A stretch of 64,000 bases of DNA, taken from assembly GCA_963422375.2 (NCBI GenBank), contig OY729427.2:768001-832000 (forward strand), in the 5' to 3' direction. The notes under the pieces are model-generated. The model made no database searches. It was not told the DNA's origin and was given only the letters and a program-made list of their open reading frames with translations. The DNA comes from Bryobacterales bacterium (GTDB lineage: Bacteria; Acidobacteriota; Terriglobia; Bryobacterales; UBA6623). Shown piece after piece: positions 1 through 10,085 of this stretch; the stretch's first letter is position 1, and every line of letters starts with the position of its first letter. Position numbers and translations under genes: made by a program.

Positions 1-291
1 CGTCCGACGCGCTGTCAGGCGGCCGCTCGGTCGTCGGCTTCGCCGACAGCCCGCCCGGGGAACCTCCCGCTCGGACGCGCTTTCGAGCGGAGCTGCTCGC
101 GGCCGCGGCCGAGTCGGGAGCGAGCGTCGTCCCTGTCGCGCTCCAGGGCGGGCCCGGCGGCACCTGCCGCGCGTTGCAATGCGACCCGCTGGCGGAACTG
201 GCCGCGAACGGCGACCCTTCCCTCGGTCGCGAGGCCGTGCGGGCTGCTCTGGAAGGAGCAACTGCGGGAACGCGTCGGTAGAATAGGAGCC

Positions 292-522
292 ATGCCGATC
301 TACGAGTACAGGTGCGACACCTGCGACAGCCGCTTCGAGGCGCTCGTGATGGGAGCCACTCCCGAGCCCGAGAGCTGCGAATGCGGCAGCGAGTCGATCG
401 AGAAGGTCTACTCGACGTTCGCCGCCCAGACCGGGGATTCCCTTCCGGATGCCTGCCCCACTCCCGCCGAGGGCCGCTGCGACCTGCCCGCTTGCGCCGG
501 CGGAACGTGCGGCATGAACTGA
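292..522 (+). CDS. FmdB-family zinc-ribbon regulatory protein
   Basis: MPIYEYRCDTC...F(E)...CECGS is the FmdB CxxC..CxxC pattern, with a Cys-rich tail. Confidence 0.85.
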   Translation: MPIYEYRCDTCDSRFEALVMGATPEPESCECGSESIEKVYSTFAAQTGDSLPDACPTPAEGRCDLPACAGGTCGMN

Positions 523-566
523 CCGCGCCGGTCCGGCCGGGGACCGCTGGGCGGCGCCCCGGAATC

Positions 567-3170
567 TCAGAGGCCCGCGACGCCGACCGAAACCAGGTCG
601 CCCGCGCGGTTGAACACGCCGAAAGCGAAGCCCGCTGCCTTGTCCGAACGGGCCCAGAGTGCGGGGCGCGGCGCTCCCCCGGCCCCGAACCGCTGAACCA
701 CAGAGAAGCCGTCCTGCGGATGCGGAAGCTCCGTCGCCTCCCCAGTATCGAGGTCCCACGTGAGCATGACCGACCCGCCTGGGTTTCCGGGCCCGAGCGG
801 GGTCAGGAGCGCCCGGGCGAAGGCCTTCCGGACCAGCGGAAGGACCCCGTAGCCGCGCAGCGCGGGCGGGCCGGCAATGAGGCGCTGAACGCCGTCCGGC
901 AGAGCCAAGCGCGTCGCGGTCGCGGACGGCAGGTCGACCAGCAGGAGGCCGCGGTTCCCCGCCTGAGGCGGAGCCGTCCTTCCGGTCCTGGCGATCGTGC
1001 GGGGAGGTCCTCCCGTGGCGAGCGCCAGCAGCTGGGCCCTGCCCGGGAGGCGCTGCGTGGACTGATTGAACGTGACGCCGACATCCCCGGGAAGTTCGAT
1101 CTGCTTGAACATCCCGCCGGCTCCGTCGTAGACATGGATCTTGCGCGGGGCCTCGAGGGGCGCGGCGATCGACCCTTCGCCGAAATAGAGATAGCTCTGG
1201 AGCGCGCCCTTGGAAGTGACGCGCAGCCTGTCGGGGGCCCGAACGGACTGGATCCCGCCGCTGGCGGTGTCGAAGACGACGAGGCGGTCGCCGACGCAGA
1301 GCTCGCCCGCCCGCGGGTCAGCCCACTCTCCCAAGACCTCGTCCGCCCCGAGTATGGCGAGGCTCCTAGTGTGGGGAATCCGCTGCCAGCCGACCGCCGG
1401 CGCGCAGTTCGCGACGAACGAGCCCGACGGGAACGGCGTGGCCGATGCCTTCAGCGACACGGCGGCGGGCGGAGGCGCATCGAGGCTCCCGGGCAGCTCG
1501 GCCCGGAACGCTACGACGGCGTCCCCGGATCCGGCCGCGGAGCGGGCTGCGACGTACGCGGTCGGGTCCCCGGCGAATCCGTTCGCGACGGGCGCCAGGT
1601 TGTTGCCCTGCGGCTGTCCCTGGGCATTCACCGCTCTGGGCTTGACAAGCGGCAGCCAGCCGTCAGGGAACGGCACCTTGGCAACGACGGCAGCCTCCCG
1701 GTTGTAGAGCACAGCGATCGGCCCGAGGTCGCCGGCCTCGGCCTCCGCGCCAAGGAACCGCAGGCGGTAGCCCAGCCCGAGATTCGCCCCCGCCGCGACG
1801 ACCCTGGTCCGGCCGTCGACTTCGAGCGGGTCCGGGAGAGGCTCCTGGCGCTCGAGCTGGCCGGCCGCGACCCCAGCGGGATCCAGCAGGGCGAACGCCC
1901 CCGCCTGCCCCGTCCTCTGCAGCCGCAGGAGGGGGCTGCTACCGAGGGCGGGCTGGAGTCGGTCGACCCCGGTCCCTGCCACGGTCACGGTCCGCGGCGA
2001 CCAGTCGGCACCGTCAAGCAGCAGCAGCGTGTCGGTCACGCCGCTCTCGAGACTGTCACTCGGCTCCGTAAGGGCCGCCAGAACAGGGGTGTTCTGGGCC
2101 CGTTCGAACGGCCGGAACTGGTTCTCGTTCTCGGCCAATGGGTTCGAGGGCATCAGGCAGTTCGGCAGAATCCGCGCGGACTCGCGCCGGAAGTCGAGCA
2201 GTTCCACGTTGCGGTAACAGAAGTCCTCGTCCACGGGGCCGCTGACGGCCACGAAGTACGGATTCAAGTCCGACAGGTCAAGGCGGCGGGCGGGCGCGTC
2301 CCCAGGGGAGACGGGCATGTACCGGACCTCGAGCGGGCCGGGCGCGCCGAGAACTGCCGCCGAACCGCTGTTTCCCGAGTACCAGCGGAACGGCTCGCCG
2401 GACCGCGCCAGTTCGGGCACCTCGAACTGCAGTTCGTAGACACCGACCTGCTCGGCTGACGAGGTGGCGGACACGACCGGGACCGGGACACCGCCGAGGT
2501 AGGCGCGCTGCGGCAGCACCGGCACCGAGCCGGCACCGGCCGCGCCCGTTGTCAGCGGAGGACTGGTCGGGCCCAGGCCCGCGGCGAACACGGTGACGAT
2601 CTGGCCGGGCGTGAGAGCCGCGGCGGGGTCCATGGGCGCCCCTACGGCGGCCCGCGGCGGCCCGGCACCGCCTAGGTACAGCGGCTCGGCCTTGCCGGCC
2701 GCCGCGGCAGCGGGATCCTGCGCGACGAGGGAAGAGGTGCCTTCATGCGTGTACAGGTTCGGATTGGCCTCGACGATGCTGATCGGGATCGGGACGCTCT
2801 CGGCCCCTCCCCGCCGCACGACGACCTGCGCGGGACCGGCCAGGATTTCCCACGGCACCTGAGCGCTGATCCGCGTAGAGGACACCGAGAACAGCGGGGC
2901 CGCGATGCCGTTCACGAACACTTCGACCGGAGGGTCCCCTAGCGCGAGCGGCAGGGGCGCCGACGACGCCCTAGCCGCATCGCCGGCGAGATCCGAGCCG
3001 ACGACCGCCAGGATCCCGCCCCGCGCGATGGCGGTCGGCGTCATCGTGACGCCGTTGAGGGCGCTCCGGGCGGTGGTCTGCGGCTGCCGGGCCGCGGTCG
3101 CGGCGAGAGTCGCGGCGACGGCGAGCAGCCCGCCCAGAGCCAGCGTCCTCAAACTCCTCGAACTCGTCAT
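567..3170 (-). CDS. Secreted protein with N-terminal TIGR03437 (Solibacter-type IPT/Ig-like) domain and long unknown C-terminal region
   Basis: Signal peptide, then LPLALG..VEVFVNGIAAPLFSVS..RISAQVPWE and PGQIVTVFAAGLGPT..GVYELQFEVP motifs; GGAGGG RBS before the ATG. Confidence 0.75.
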   Translation of the reverse strand: MTSSRSLRTLALGGLLAVAATLAATAARQPQTTARSALNGVTMTPTAIARGGILAVVGSDLAGDAARASSAPLPLALGDPPVEVFVNGIAAPLFSVSSTRISAQVPWEILAGPAQVVVRRGGAESVPIPISIVEANPNLYTHEGTSSLVAQDPAAAAAGKAEPLYLGGAGPPRAAVGAPMDPAAALTPGQIVTVFAAGLGPTSPPLTTGAAGAGSVPVLPQRAYLGGVPVPVVSATSSAEQVGVYELQFEVPELARSGEPFRWYSGNSGSAAVLGAPGPLEVRYMPVSPGDAPARRLDLSDLNPYFVAVSGPVDEDFCYRNVELLDFRRESARILPNCLMPSNPLAENENQFRPFERAQNTPVLAALTEPSDSLESGVTDTLLLLDGADWSPRTVTVAGTGVDRLQPALGSSPLLRLQRTGQAGAFALLDPAGVAAGQLERQEPLPDPLEVDGRTRVVAAGANLGLGYRLRFLGAEAEAGDLGPIAVLYNREAAVVAKVPFPDGWLPLVKPRAVNAQGQPQGNNLAPVANGFAGDPTAYVAARSAAGSGDAVVAFRAELPGSLDAPPPAAVSLKASATPFPSGSFVANCAPAVGWQRIPHTRSLAILGADEVLGEWADPRAGELCVGDRLVVFDTASGGIQSVRAPDRLRVTSKGALQSYLYFGEGSIAAPLEAPRKIHVYDGAGGMFKQIELPGDVGVTFNQSTQRLPGRAQLLALATGGPPRTIARTGRTAPPQAGNRGLLLVDLPSATATRLALPDGVQRLIAGPPALRGYGVLPLVRKAFARALLTPLGPGNPGGSVMLTWDLDTGEATELPHPQDGFSVVQRFGAGGAPRPALWARSDKAAGFAFGVFNRAGDLVSVGVAGL

Positions 3171-3196
3171 GCGCGCCCTCCCTAACCCTGTCGGTC

Positions 3197-6100
3197 CTAG
3201 AAGTTGTACGACAGCGACGCCTGCATGATCCGAGGCGCCAAGGCGTTTATGATGAAGCCGCCTTGCAGCGAATCGAACAGCCGCTGGAGCCGTCCCAGGC
3301 GCGTCGTGTTGGGGGCGTTGAAGGCGTCCAAGCGCACTTGCAGCCTGCGCCGTCCCTCGAAGCGGAAGTTCTTCTGGAGGCTGACGTTCAGATTAAACCT
3401 GCCCGGATTGTCCAGGATATTCCGGCCTGAGTTGCCCACATGGAACGGCTCGAACCCGTAGGCGCTCTGCAAGCACTCGATGCCGTTGCGGTTCTCGGTC
3501 CCGATGCACGGCACCCTCTCGAACGCGGACAGGTCGAACCACGGGAAGTCAACGCCCTTGAGGCCGGGATAGCCGTCTGGCTCCATGTAGCCGTGAGCGA
3601 TCCGGTTGGGCCGCACCGACTCTCCCGCGTTCACGTCCACGAACGCGGTGCGCACGGTGAACGCCTGGCCGGAGTACGAAGTCAGGGTCGAGGCGAATTG
3701 CCATCCTCCCAGGATCGCCTGGACCGGGCCCCGCATGCCGGCGAAGAAGCGCCGCCCCTTGCCCAATGGCAGCTCGTAGCGCGCCGCGAACGTGAAGGCA
3801 TGGCGCTGGTCGAAGTTCGACCGCCCGCGGTCCAAGCGCAGGTGCTGCGTGTCGAGCGCCCCGACCACTCCGGCCCCGCCCCCGTCGTTCGCCGCGGACG
3901 CGTCGTCGATCGACTTGCCGAACGTGTAGTTCACGCGGTAGAAGAACCCCCTGCGGCTGCGTCGCCGCACCGACGCCTGCAGCGCGTGGTAAGTGGAGTT
4001 CGATCCGAACGAGGTGTAGAGCAGGCGGTTGTACCCCTCGATGGGGCGCGGGAACGATAGGTTGCCGTTCGGCGCCTCCTCCGCGAGCTCGAGTCTCCGA
4101 ATCGGCTGGTTCAGGTCGTAGCGGCGCTGCAGGTGAGAGCCCTTGGATCCGACGTACCCGATCTCGAGCGCCTGCCCGCCGCCGAGGTCGCGCTCGATCG
4201 TCAGGTTCCAGGACTGGAGGTTGGCCGTCGGCGGGTCCGGGTCGGCGGCGGCACGTTGGGGCGGCCGGCGGAGTTGAAGCTCTCATTGAACGTGAACGGG
4301 AACACGCCGGCCAGCTGCCCGCGGACCGGCCCCAGCAGGTAGCCTTGGTAGAAGATGCCGTAGCCGCCCCGGAACACGTGGCGGTTGTCGCCGAACGGGC
4401 GCCAAGCAAACCCGAAGCGCGGCGAGATGTTGTTGAAGTCGGGATCGATCAGCGACCGCGGCATCCCCACATCCTTCGCCAGGGCCGTCCGGTCGTTCAG
4501 CCCGCGCAGGGCGAGGATCTCGTCGAGATCCGGAATGGACCGGTTCCCGGCGAGCACCACCTTGTTCAGCGAGGGCTCGTAGGTAGACAGCCGGTCGTTT
4601 ACGTCGAACGGCGGCATCTCGACCTCGTAGCGCACTCCCAGGTTGAGCGTGAGGTCTCGCGTCACCTTCCAGTCGTCATTGACGAACATGCCGAACCCGG
4701 TCGCCCGCAGCTCGTTGTAGGTCGTCTGGACCCGGCGGTTGACGTTCTGCAGCCGTCCCAGCAGCAGGTCGCCGACGGAGTGCCGCGTGAAGCGCCTGCC
4801 GACCACGTAGTTGCCTCGGACGTTGTTGTACTGCGGCTGGTCGTAGTAGACGCGGGAGTAGTCGCCCCCGACCTTGAGCGTATGCGGCCCTTTGACCCAC
4901 GTGATACGCCCCGAAACCTGCACGTCCCAGACCACCTGCTCGCGCGGGGTGTTCCCTCCCTGTCCGAGCGGGAAGTAGCCCTGGACCGTGACGCGCGGCA
5001 GCCCCTTCAGCTTCGGGTCCAAGTCGTCGGGCACGGGCAGTCCGATCGTGGCCGGGTCGAAGTCGGCCGCGATCGAGTTGGCGAAGTTATCGCGATGGCT
5101 GAACCCGCCGGTCACCTCCATAACCAGCGTCGGCGTGAACATCCGCGTGTGACGGATCGAAATCAAGTCGCGACGGTCGCGGATCTCGTCCCCCCAGATG
5201 GCCAAGGCGCTGCCGGCAAACGGATTACTGAGGTTGTTGAAGCGCTTCTGGTAGCTGGCCGAGAGGCTGTCCTTGGAAGTGACGCTCTGGTCGAACTTGA
5301 AGACCATCTGGTGCCAGTCGTCGTCGTCCTGCGCCGTCGAGATGTTGTTGAAGCGGAGGCTGTCGCGGTTCGGCAGCGGATAGTAGTCGAGAAGGCTCAG
5401 AGCGATCGAATCCATCCGAGTCGCGGGAACCAGATTGTTCGGGAAGCAGCCGCGCTGGACGCGCTTGTTGCAGGCACCCTTCCGGTCGGGATCGTTCAGG
5501 AACACCTTCTGCAGCTGCCCCGAGGCCGAACCGGTCCTCAGGTCCACCGACTCCGAGAAGTCCCCGCCCCGCTCGAGGCCGGTCGGGACGTTGCCGAGCC
5601 GCGTCCGGCCGATCGACTGCGAGCGGCCCTCGTAGCTCGCGAGGAAGAAGGCCTTGTTGCGCACGACGGGGCCTCCGATGGTTCCTCCATACTGGTGGCG
5701 GCGCAGTCGCAGCCGCTCCTCGTCGAAGAAGCCGCGTCCATCGAGCAACTCGTTGCGCAGGTACTCGAAGGCCGAGCCGTGAATCTCGTTGGTGCCCGAG
5801 CGCATCGTCAGGCCGATGATGCCCCCCGAGAAGCCGCCGTACTCGGCCGAGAATCCCGAGGTCTCGACGCGGAACTCCTCGACCGCGTCGAGCGGCGGCC
5901 GGACCTGCGCGCCCCCGCCGACCGGATTCCGGTTGCTCACCCCGTCGACGTAGAAGTTGGTCTGGTCGCCGCGCGCGCCGTTGATCGAGGCGAACGAGCC
6001 CTGCCCCGGCCCCCGAGGCATCACCCCCGGCACCAAGTACGCGAGATTCGTGAAGTCGCGGCCGGGCAGCGGGAGGTCCTGGATCTCCTCGTAGACGATC

Positions 6101-6501
6101 ACGTCCCCCTTGACCGCGCCGCGTTCGAGGTTGAGCGCAGGGGCCTCGGTGGTGACCGTCACCGATTCCGTGAGCGCCCCGATCTCGAGCTCCACGTCGA
6201 GGCGCAGCTGCTGGCCCGTCTCGAGCTCGAGGTTCGACTGCACCCAGCGGCGGAAGCCCTCGCTGGCAATCTCGAGCCGGTACGTGCCGGGCACGAGGCT
6301 GAGGAGGGTGTAGTAGCCCGATTCGTTGGTCTCCCCCTTGGACTCGATGCCTGTGTCGAGGTTCTTTATCGCCACGCCGGCGGCGGGAATGACGGCTTCC
6401 GCCGAATCCGTGACCACCCCCGTGACGCTGGCCAGGTTCACCTGCGCCGCCGCCTGCGTGGCGGCCACCGCCAGCACGGCTGCCAGTCTGATTTGAAGCA
6501 T
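3197..6501 (-). pseudogene. TonB-dependent receptor (carboxypeptidase regulatory-like N-domain), frameshifted near 4244
   Basis: Starts MLQIRLAAVLAVAATQAAAQ at 6501. The frame of ORF 4201..6999 stops at 4201, but the barrel continues in the frame of ORF 3197..3970 (DPDPPTANLQSWNLTIERDL...PRIMQASLSYNF, terminal Phe). Could be an assembly error. Confidence 0.8.
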
Positions 6502-6588
6502 GCCCGCCCCCACTTCCTGCGGACGCCAGCGGCGCAACCCCACGTTGAGACGCTGCCGTCGCGCCCGCGCACAAACCCTGCATGGCGA

Positions 6589-6617
6589 AAAATAGCACGC
6601 CCGAGCGCCATTTCCAA
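6589..6617 (-). promoter_or_regulatory. Sigma70-like promoter of the TonB receptor (TTGGAA-N17-TATTTT, extended TG)
   Basis: Exact 17-nt spacing, 88 nt upstream of ATG 6501. Confidence 0.45.
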
Positions 6618-6716
6618 GCCAAAGCGCGGGCGCGGCGAAAGTTTCTCGGGCAACCCGGGCCGGGCGTCGGCTGTCGGGCTGCCGGGACGTCGACTTCCGG
6701 GCTAGGCTTCGGCACC

Positions 6717-8180
6717 TCAGCGCGCGGGACGCGCGCGCGGTCTCGTGGCGGCGGGGCCCCCGAGCAGTGATCCGGCAACCAAGGCGCAGGCCGCGACGGG
6801 CACGATCACCGCGACCGGCATGAGACCGGTGCCGCCGACCGTGTACACGCCCTCCGCGCCCAGCGAGTCCCAGAAAAAGCACGCCCAGAGCCCTGCCGCG
6901 GTCAGGATCGAAGCGGCCGCCCCGCGGGCCGTGGCCCGTCGCCAGAAGAGCGTCGCCGCGAGTACGGGGAACAAGCCCGCGAACCCGGTCAGGGCCCACG
7001 TCCCCAGCGCGAAGATCGATTGCGACGCCACCAGCGAGCAGGCGAAGGTCAAGGCCAGGAAGCCCAGCACGAAGAGCCTCCCGAGCCGAACCTGGCGCTC
7101 CTCACCCAGCGCGCCGCCACGCGCGCGCTGCCGGACGATGTCCTGCGTGAACATGGCCCCGAGCGCCAGAATCTGCGAATCGAGCGAGGACATGATCGCT
7201 GCGAAGACACCGGCCGCGAGGCAGCCGGCCAGCGCCTCGCCGGTGTTGGAGACGATGAGCTTCACTAGGACGGGACCGTCCAACGGCGGCTCGAACTGGA
7301 GTCGGCCGACGGCTCCGAGCGTGACGCTCGGGAACCAAACTGCCGCGACCAGCACGGGATAGGCCACGATGGCCAGCCGGAACGAGCGAGCGCTGCGCGC
7401 CGACAGCCAGTGGCTGTACAGGTGCGGGAAGCAGCCTGTGCAGAGAGGCAGCAGGAGGAACGAGCCCATCTGCAGCAGAGTGAAGCGGTCGGAGCCGAAG
7501 CTCGCCATGCCCGGATGGCCCGCCTCGAGCCGCTCCATCGCCGCCGAGAGCCCTCCGAAGTTGCCCATGACCGCGGCGTAGGCCGCGAAACCGAACAGGA
7601 CGAATACCGTCGTCTGAAGGGCGTTGACCCACGACGTGCTGCGCATGCCGCCGTAGCTGACGTAGACGTACGTCACGGCGCACAGCGCCAGGCTGCCCGC
7701 CCACGGCGGCAGGCCCGTGCCGGGCCCGCCCGTGAGGGCGTTGAGCGCGTCGCCGCCGCCCTTCACGCCGATCAGCAGGTACGGCAGCATCAGCGCCACC
7801 AGCACGGCGAAGAGCAGGGCCCCGAGCGCGTCCGAGCCGTACCGGTCCCTGACGAGCTGGACCTGCGTGACGTACCCGCGGCGCTTGCCCAGCTGCCAGG
7901 ACCGGATGCCGCAGTAGTAAATCACGAAGGGCACGAGGATCGCCGTGCTCGAGCCCATCAGGGCGAAGACGATGACGCCGCGGCGGTAGGCCTCGCCCGA
8001 CGCGCCCAGCATTGTGAACGCCGTCATGTTCGTCCCCAGCAGGGTCATCAGCAGCACGAAGGGGCCGATCGAGCGGCTCGCGACGAAGTAGTCCTCGCCC
8101 GTGCCGCGGAATAGGCGGTGCCCGAATATGCCGACGCACAGCACCAAGGCCAAATAGGCCGCCAGGACGGTCAGGACCAC
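6717..8180 (-). CDS. Sodium:solute symporter (SSS) family transporter
   Basis: EDYFVASRSIG, many TM helices, AAIMSSLDSQ motif; GTG start at 8180 after GAGGAG. Confidence 0.9.
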   Translation of the reverse strand: MVLTVLAAYLALVLCVGIFGHRLFRGTGEDYFVASRSIGPFVLLMTLLGTNMTAFTMLGASGEAYRRGVIVFALMGSSTAILVPFVIYYCGIRSWQLGKRRGYVTQVQLVRDRYGSDALGALLFAVLVALMLPYLLIGVKGGGDALNALTGGPGTGLPPWAGSLALCAVTYVYVSYGGMRSTSWVNALQTTVFVLFGFAAYAAVMGNFGGLSAAMERLEAGHPGMASFGSDRFTLLQMGSFLLLPLCTGCFPHLYSHWLSARSARSFRLAIVAYPVLVAAVWFPSVTLGAVGRLQFEPPLDGPVLVKLIVSNTGEALAGCLAAGVFAAIMSSLDSQILALGAMFTQDIVRQRARGGALGEERQVRLGRLFVLGFLALTFACSLVASQSIFALGTWALTGFAGLFPVLAATLFWRRATARGAAASILTAAGLWACFFWDSLGAEGVYTVGGTGLMPVAVIVPVAACALVAGSLLGGPAATRPRARPAR

Positions 8181-8188
8181 CGAATTCT

Positions 8189-8395
8189 CTACTCCTCGTC
8201 GGCGTCCCCCGGCCAGCCCCAGCGAGCCATCGCCGCGAGCAGGACCGACGCCGCCACGCATAGTCCGAGGTGGTAGGCCAGGTTGACCGGCAGTCCGCGC
8301 ACCAGCGCGCCGCTGGGCCACATCCAGAAGTTTTCGAAGGCCGCCGCCAGCCCCAGCAGCGCGAGCAGCGGCCAGCGGGGAAACGGTCGGCGCAT
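8189..8395 (-). CDS. Small two-TM SSS-associated protein (DUF3311-like)
   Basis: 68 aa with the FWMW...GLPVNLAYH pattern, directly upstream of the SSS gene as is typical. Confidence 0.7.
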   Translation of the reverse strand: MRRPFPRWPLLALLGLAAAFENFWMWPSGALVRGLPVNLAYHLGLCVAASVLLAAMARWGWPGDADEE

Positions 8396-8406
8396 CGCAA
8401 CAGCGG

Positions 8407-9579
8407 TCAGATCCGCAGGGGCAGGACCGAGAATCCGCGGAAGTTCGGCGTCTTCACGCGGCGCGCCCGCTCGAGATCGACCTCCCACACCGCGCTCGCG
8501 CCGAGGAGCCTCGCGAAAAGCGCCTGCGCCATCTTGCGCGCCAGCGGCGCTCCGACGCAGAAATGGATGCCCTTGCCGAATCCCAGGTGCCGGTTCTCCG
8601 GCCGCGCGACCTCGAAGCGATCGGGGCGCTCGAAGGCGCGTTCGTCGCGGTTCGCGGCACCGATGTGCAGCAGGACCTGGGCGCCGGCCGGGATCGTCTT
8701 GCCGTGCATGGCGACGTCTCTACTAGGACACCGCACGAAGCCTTGCGCCGCCGCGTCCCAGCGCATGCCCTCCTCGATCAGGGCCGGCACCAGGGAGGGA
8801 TCCCCCTTGACCTGCCGGTACACGCGGGGATGGATAGCCAGCGCGAACGCCAGGTTGGTGAAGAGGTTGTTGGTGGATTCGAAGCCGGCGCTCAGGAAGG
8901 TCATGGTGGTGACGACCACCCGGTCCCGGCCCAGCCCTCGCCCGCCGTCCCGGGCCCGCAGCATCGTGCTCATCAGGTCGTCGGAGGGGCGCTCCTCACG
9001 CTCGCGCGCCAACGCATCCAGAAATTCGCGCAGGTTGCGCATGGCCGCGGCTTGCCTCGACTCCTCGTCCGGCCCGGCCTCGTCCCGCAGGAAAAAATCG
9101 TCCAGCCAGCGGCGCAGGCGCATGAATTCCCGCCCGGGAACCCCGAACATCGCCCCGAGAATCGTGGCGTTGAAGGGAGCCGAGATGTCGGCCACCATGT
9201 CGACCGTGCCGCGCTCGCGCGCGGCCGCGGCCAGCCGGCCCGCCAGGTCATCGATCTCCGACGAGAGCCGCTCGACGGTCCCGCGCGTGAACGCCTTCTC
9301 CGCCAAGCCCCGCGCGTAGCGGTGGTCCGGGGGATCGATTGTTCCGAGCGTCCGTCCGATGCGCTCGGGCATGTCGTTGATCAGGTTGCCCCGGCCGCGC
9401 GAGGACCAGGTTCTCCAGTCACGGAAGGCCGCCGCGACGTCGGCGTAGCGCGTCAGGACCCAGAGATCCTCGGGAGCGGAGTAGTGCGCGGGGTCGCGGT
9501 TACGGAACGCGCGGTAGGCCGGATAGGGATCGCGCGCGGCCGAGATCGCCAAGCGGTACGGAGTCACTTGCCCGCTCAC
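8407..9579 (-). CDS. Cytochrome P450
   Basis: Heme motif FGKGIHFCVG, ExxR (EGMR), I-helix AGFEST, DPPDH; GTG overlaps the MarR stop (GTGA). Confidence 0.95.
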   Translation of the reverse strand: MSGQVTPYRLAISAARDPYPAYRAFRNRDPAHYSAPEDLWVLTRYADVAAAFRDWRTWSSRGRGNLINDMPERIGRTLGTIDPPDHRYARGLAEKAFTRGTVERLSSEIDDLAGRLAAAARERGTVDMVADISAPFNATILGAMFGVPGREFMRLRRWLDDFFLRDEAGPDEESRQAAAMRNLREFLDALAREREERPSDDLMSTMLRARDGGRGLGRDRVVVTTMTFLSAGFESTNNLFTNLAFALAIHPRVYRQVKGDPSLVPALIEEGMRWDAAAQGFVRCPSRDVAMHGKTIPAGAQVLLHIGAANRDERAFERPDRFEVARPENRHLGFGKGIHFCVGAPLARKMAQALFARLLGASAVWEVDLERARRVKTPNFRGFSVLPLRI

Positions 9580-10022
9580 CTCACCCCGCGCTCCATCGCC
9601 GCCACGACGCGGTCCAAGGCGTCGAATAGGACGCGCTGCTCCTCCGCGCTGCGCGGCACGGACCACAAGTCACGGTGAAAGCTCTTCGCAGCCGCCTCCC
9701 AGAGTTCGCCCTGCATTCTGCGCCCGTCGGGCGTGAGATGCACCTGTCTGGCGCGCGCGTCCGACGGGTCCGGCGTCCGCCGCACCCACCCGCGTTCCTC
9801 CATCAGCCGGACCAAGGCGCCGGTCGTGCTGGGATCGGCGTAGCAGCGGGATCCGAGCTGCTGCTGGCACAGCCCGTCCTGCTCCGCGAGTAGGCTGAGG
9901 ACGACGAACTGGTCCGCCGTGACGTCGAACCGCCTTCGTAACTCCGCGTTGGCGCGCCGGTGCAGGGACTGGTAGGCCCGCCTCAGGCGGATCCCGAACG
10001 ATTCTGCAAATCTCTCTCGCAT
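9576..10022 (-). CDS. MarR family transcriptional regulator
   Basis: VTADQFVVLSLL, LVRLMEERGWVRR..DPSDARARQVHLTPDG winged helix. Confidence 0.92.
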   Translation of the reverse strand: MRERFAESFGIRLRRAYQSLHRRANAELRRRFDVTADQFVVLSLLAEQDGLCQQQLGSRCYADPSTTGALVRLMEERGWVRRTPDPSDARARQVHLTPDGRRMQGELWEAAAKSFHRDLWSVPRSAEEQRVLFDALDRVVAAMERGVR

Positions 10023-10041
10023 TCCTCGGGGACTGTCTAGT

Positions 10042-10079
10042 CTTGCGCTTTTCGCAGCCGGTTCGCAAGGAAGTACCTT
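10042..10079. promoter_or_regulatory. Divergent marR/pcaD control region with inverted repeat CTTGCG-N16-CGCAAG (candidate MarR operator) and TTCGCA-N17-TACCTT promoter
   Basis: 63-bp intergenic region; the inverted repeat overlaps the putative pcaD promoter. Confidence 0.4.
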
Positions 10080-10085
10080 AGAGGC

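Noticed and set aside
312..2459. Long alternative ORFs (312..2459, 4345..6705, 51098..52747, 48163..49872 and many similar)
   Set aside because: They are antisense or off-frame shadows of well-supported genes, Arg/Pro/Gly-rich and without motifs, as expected in high-GC DNA
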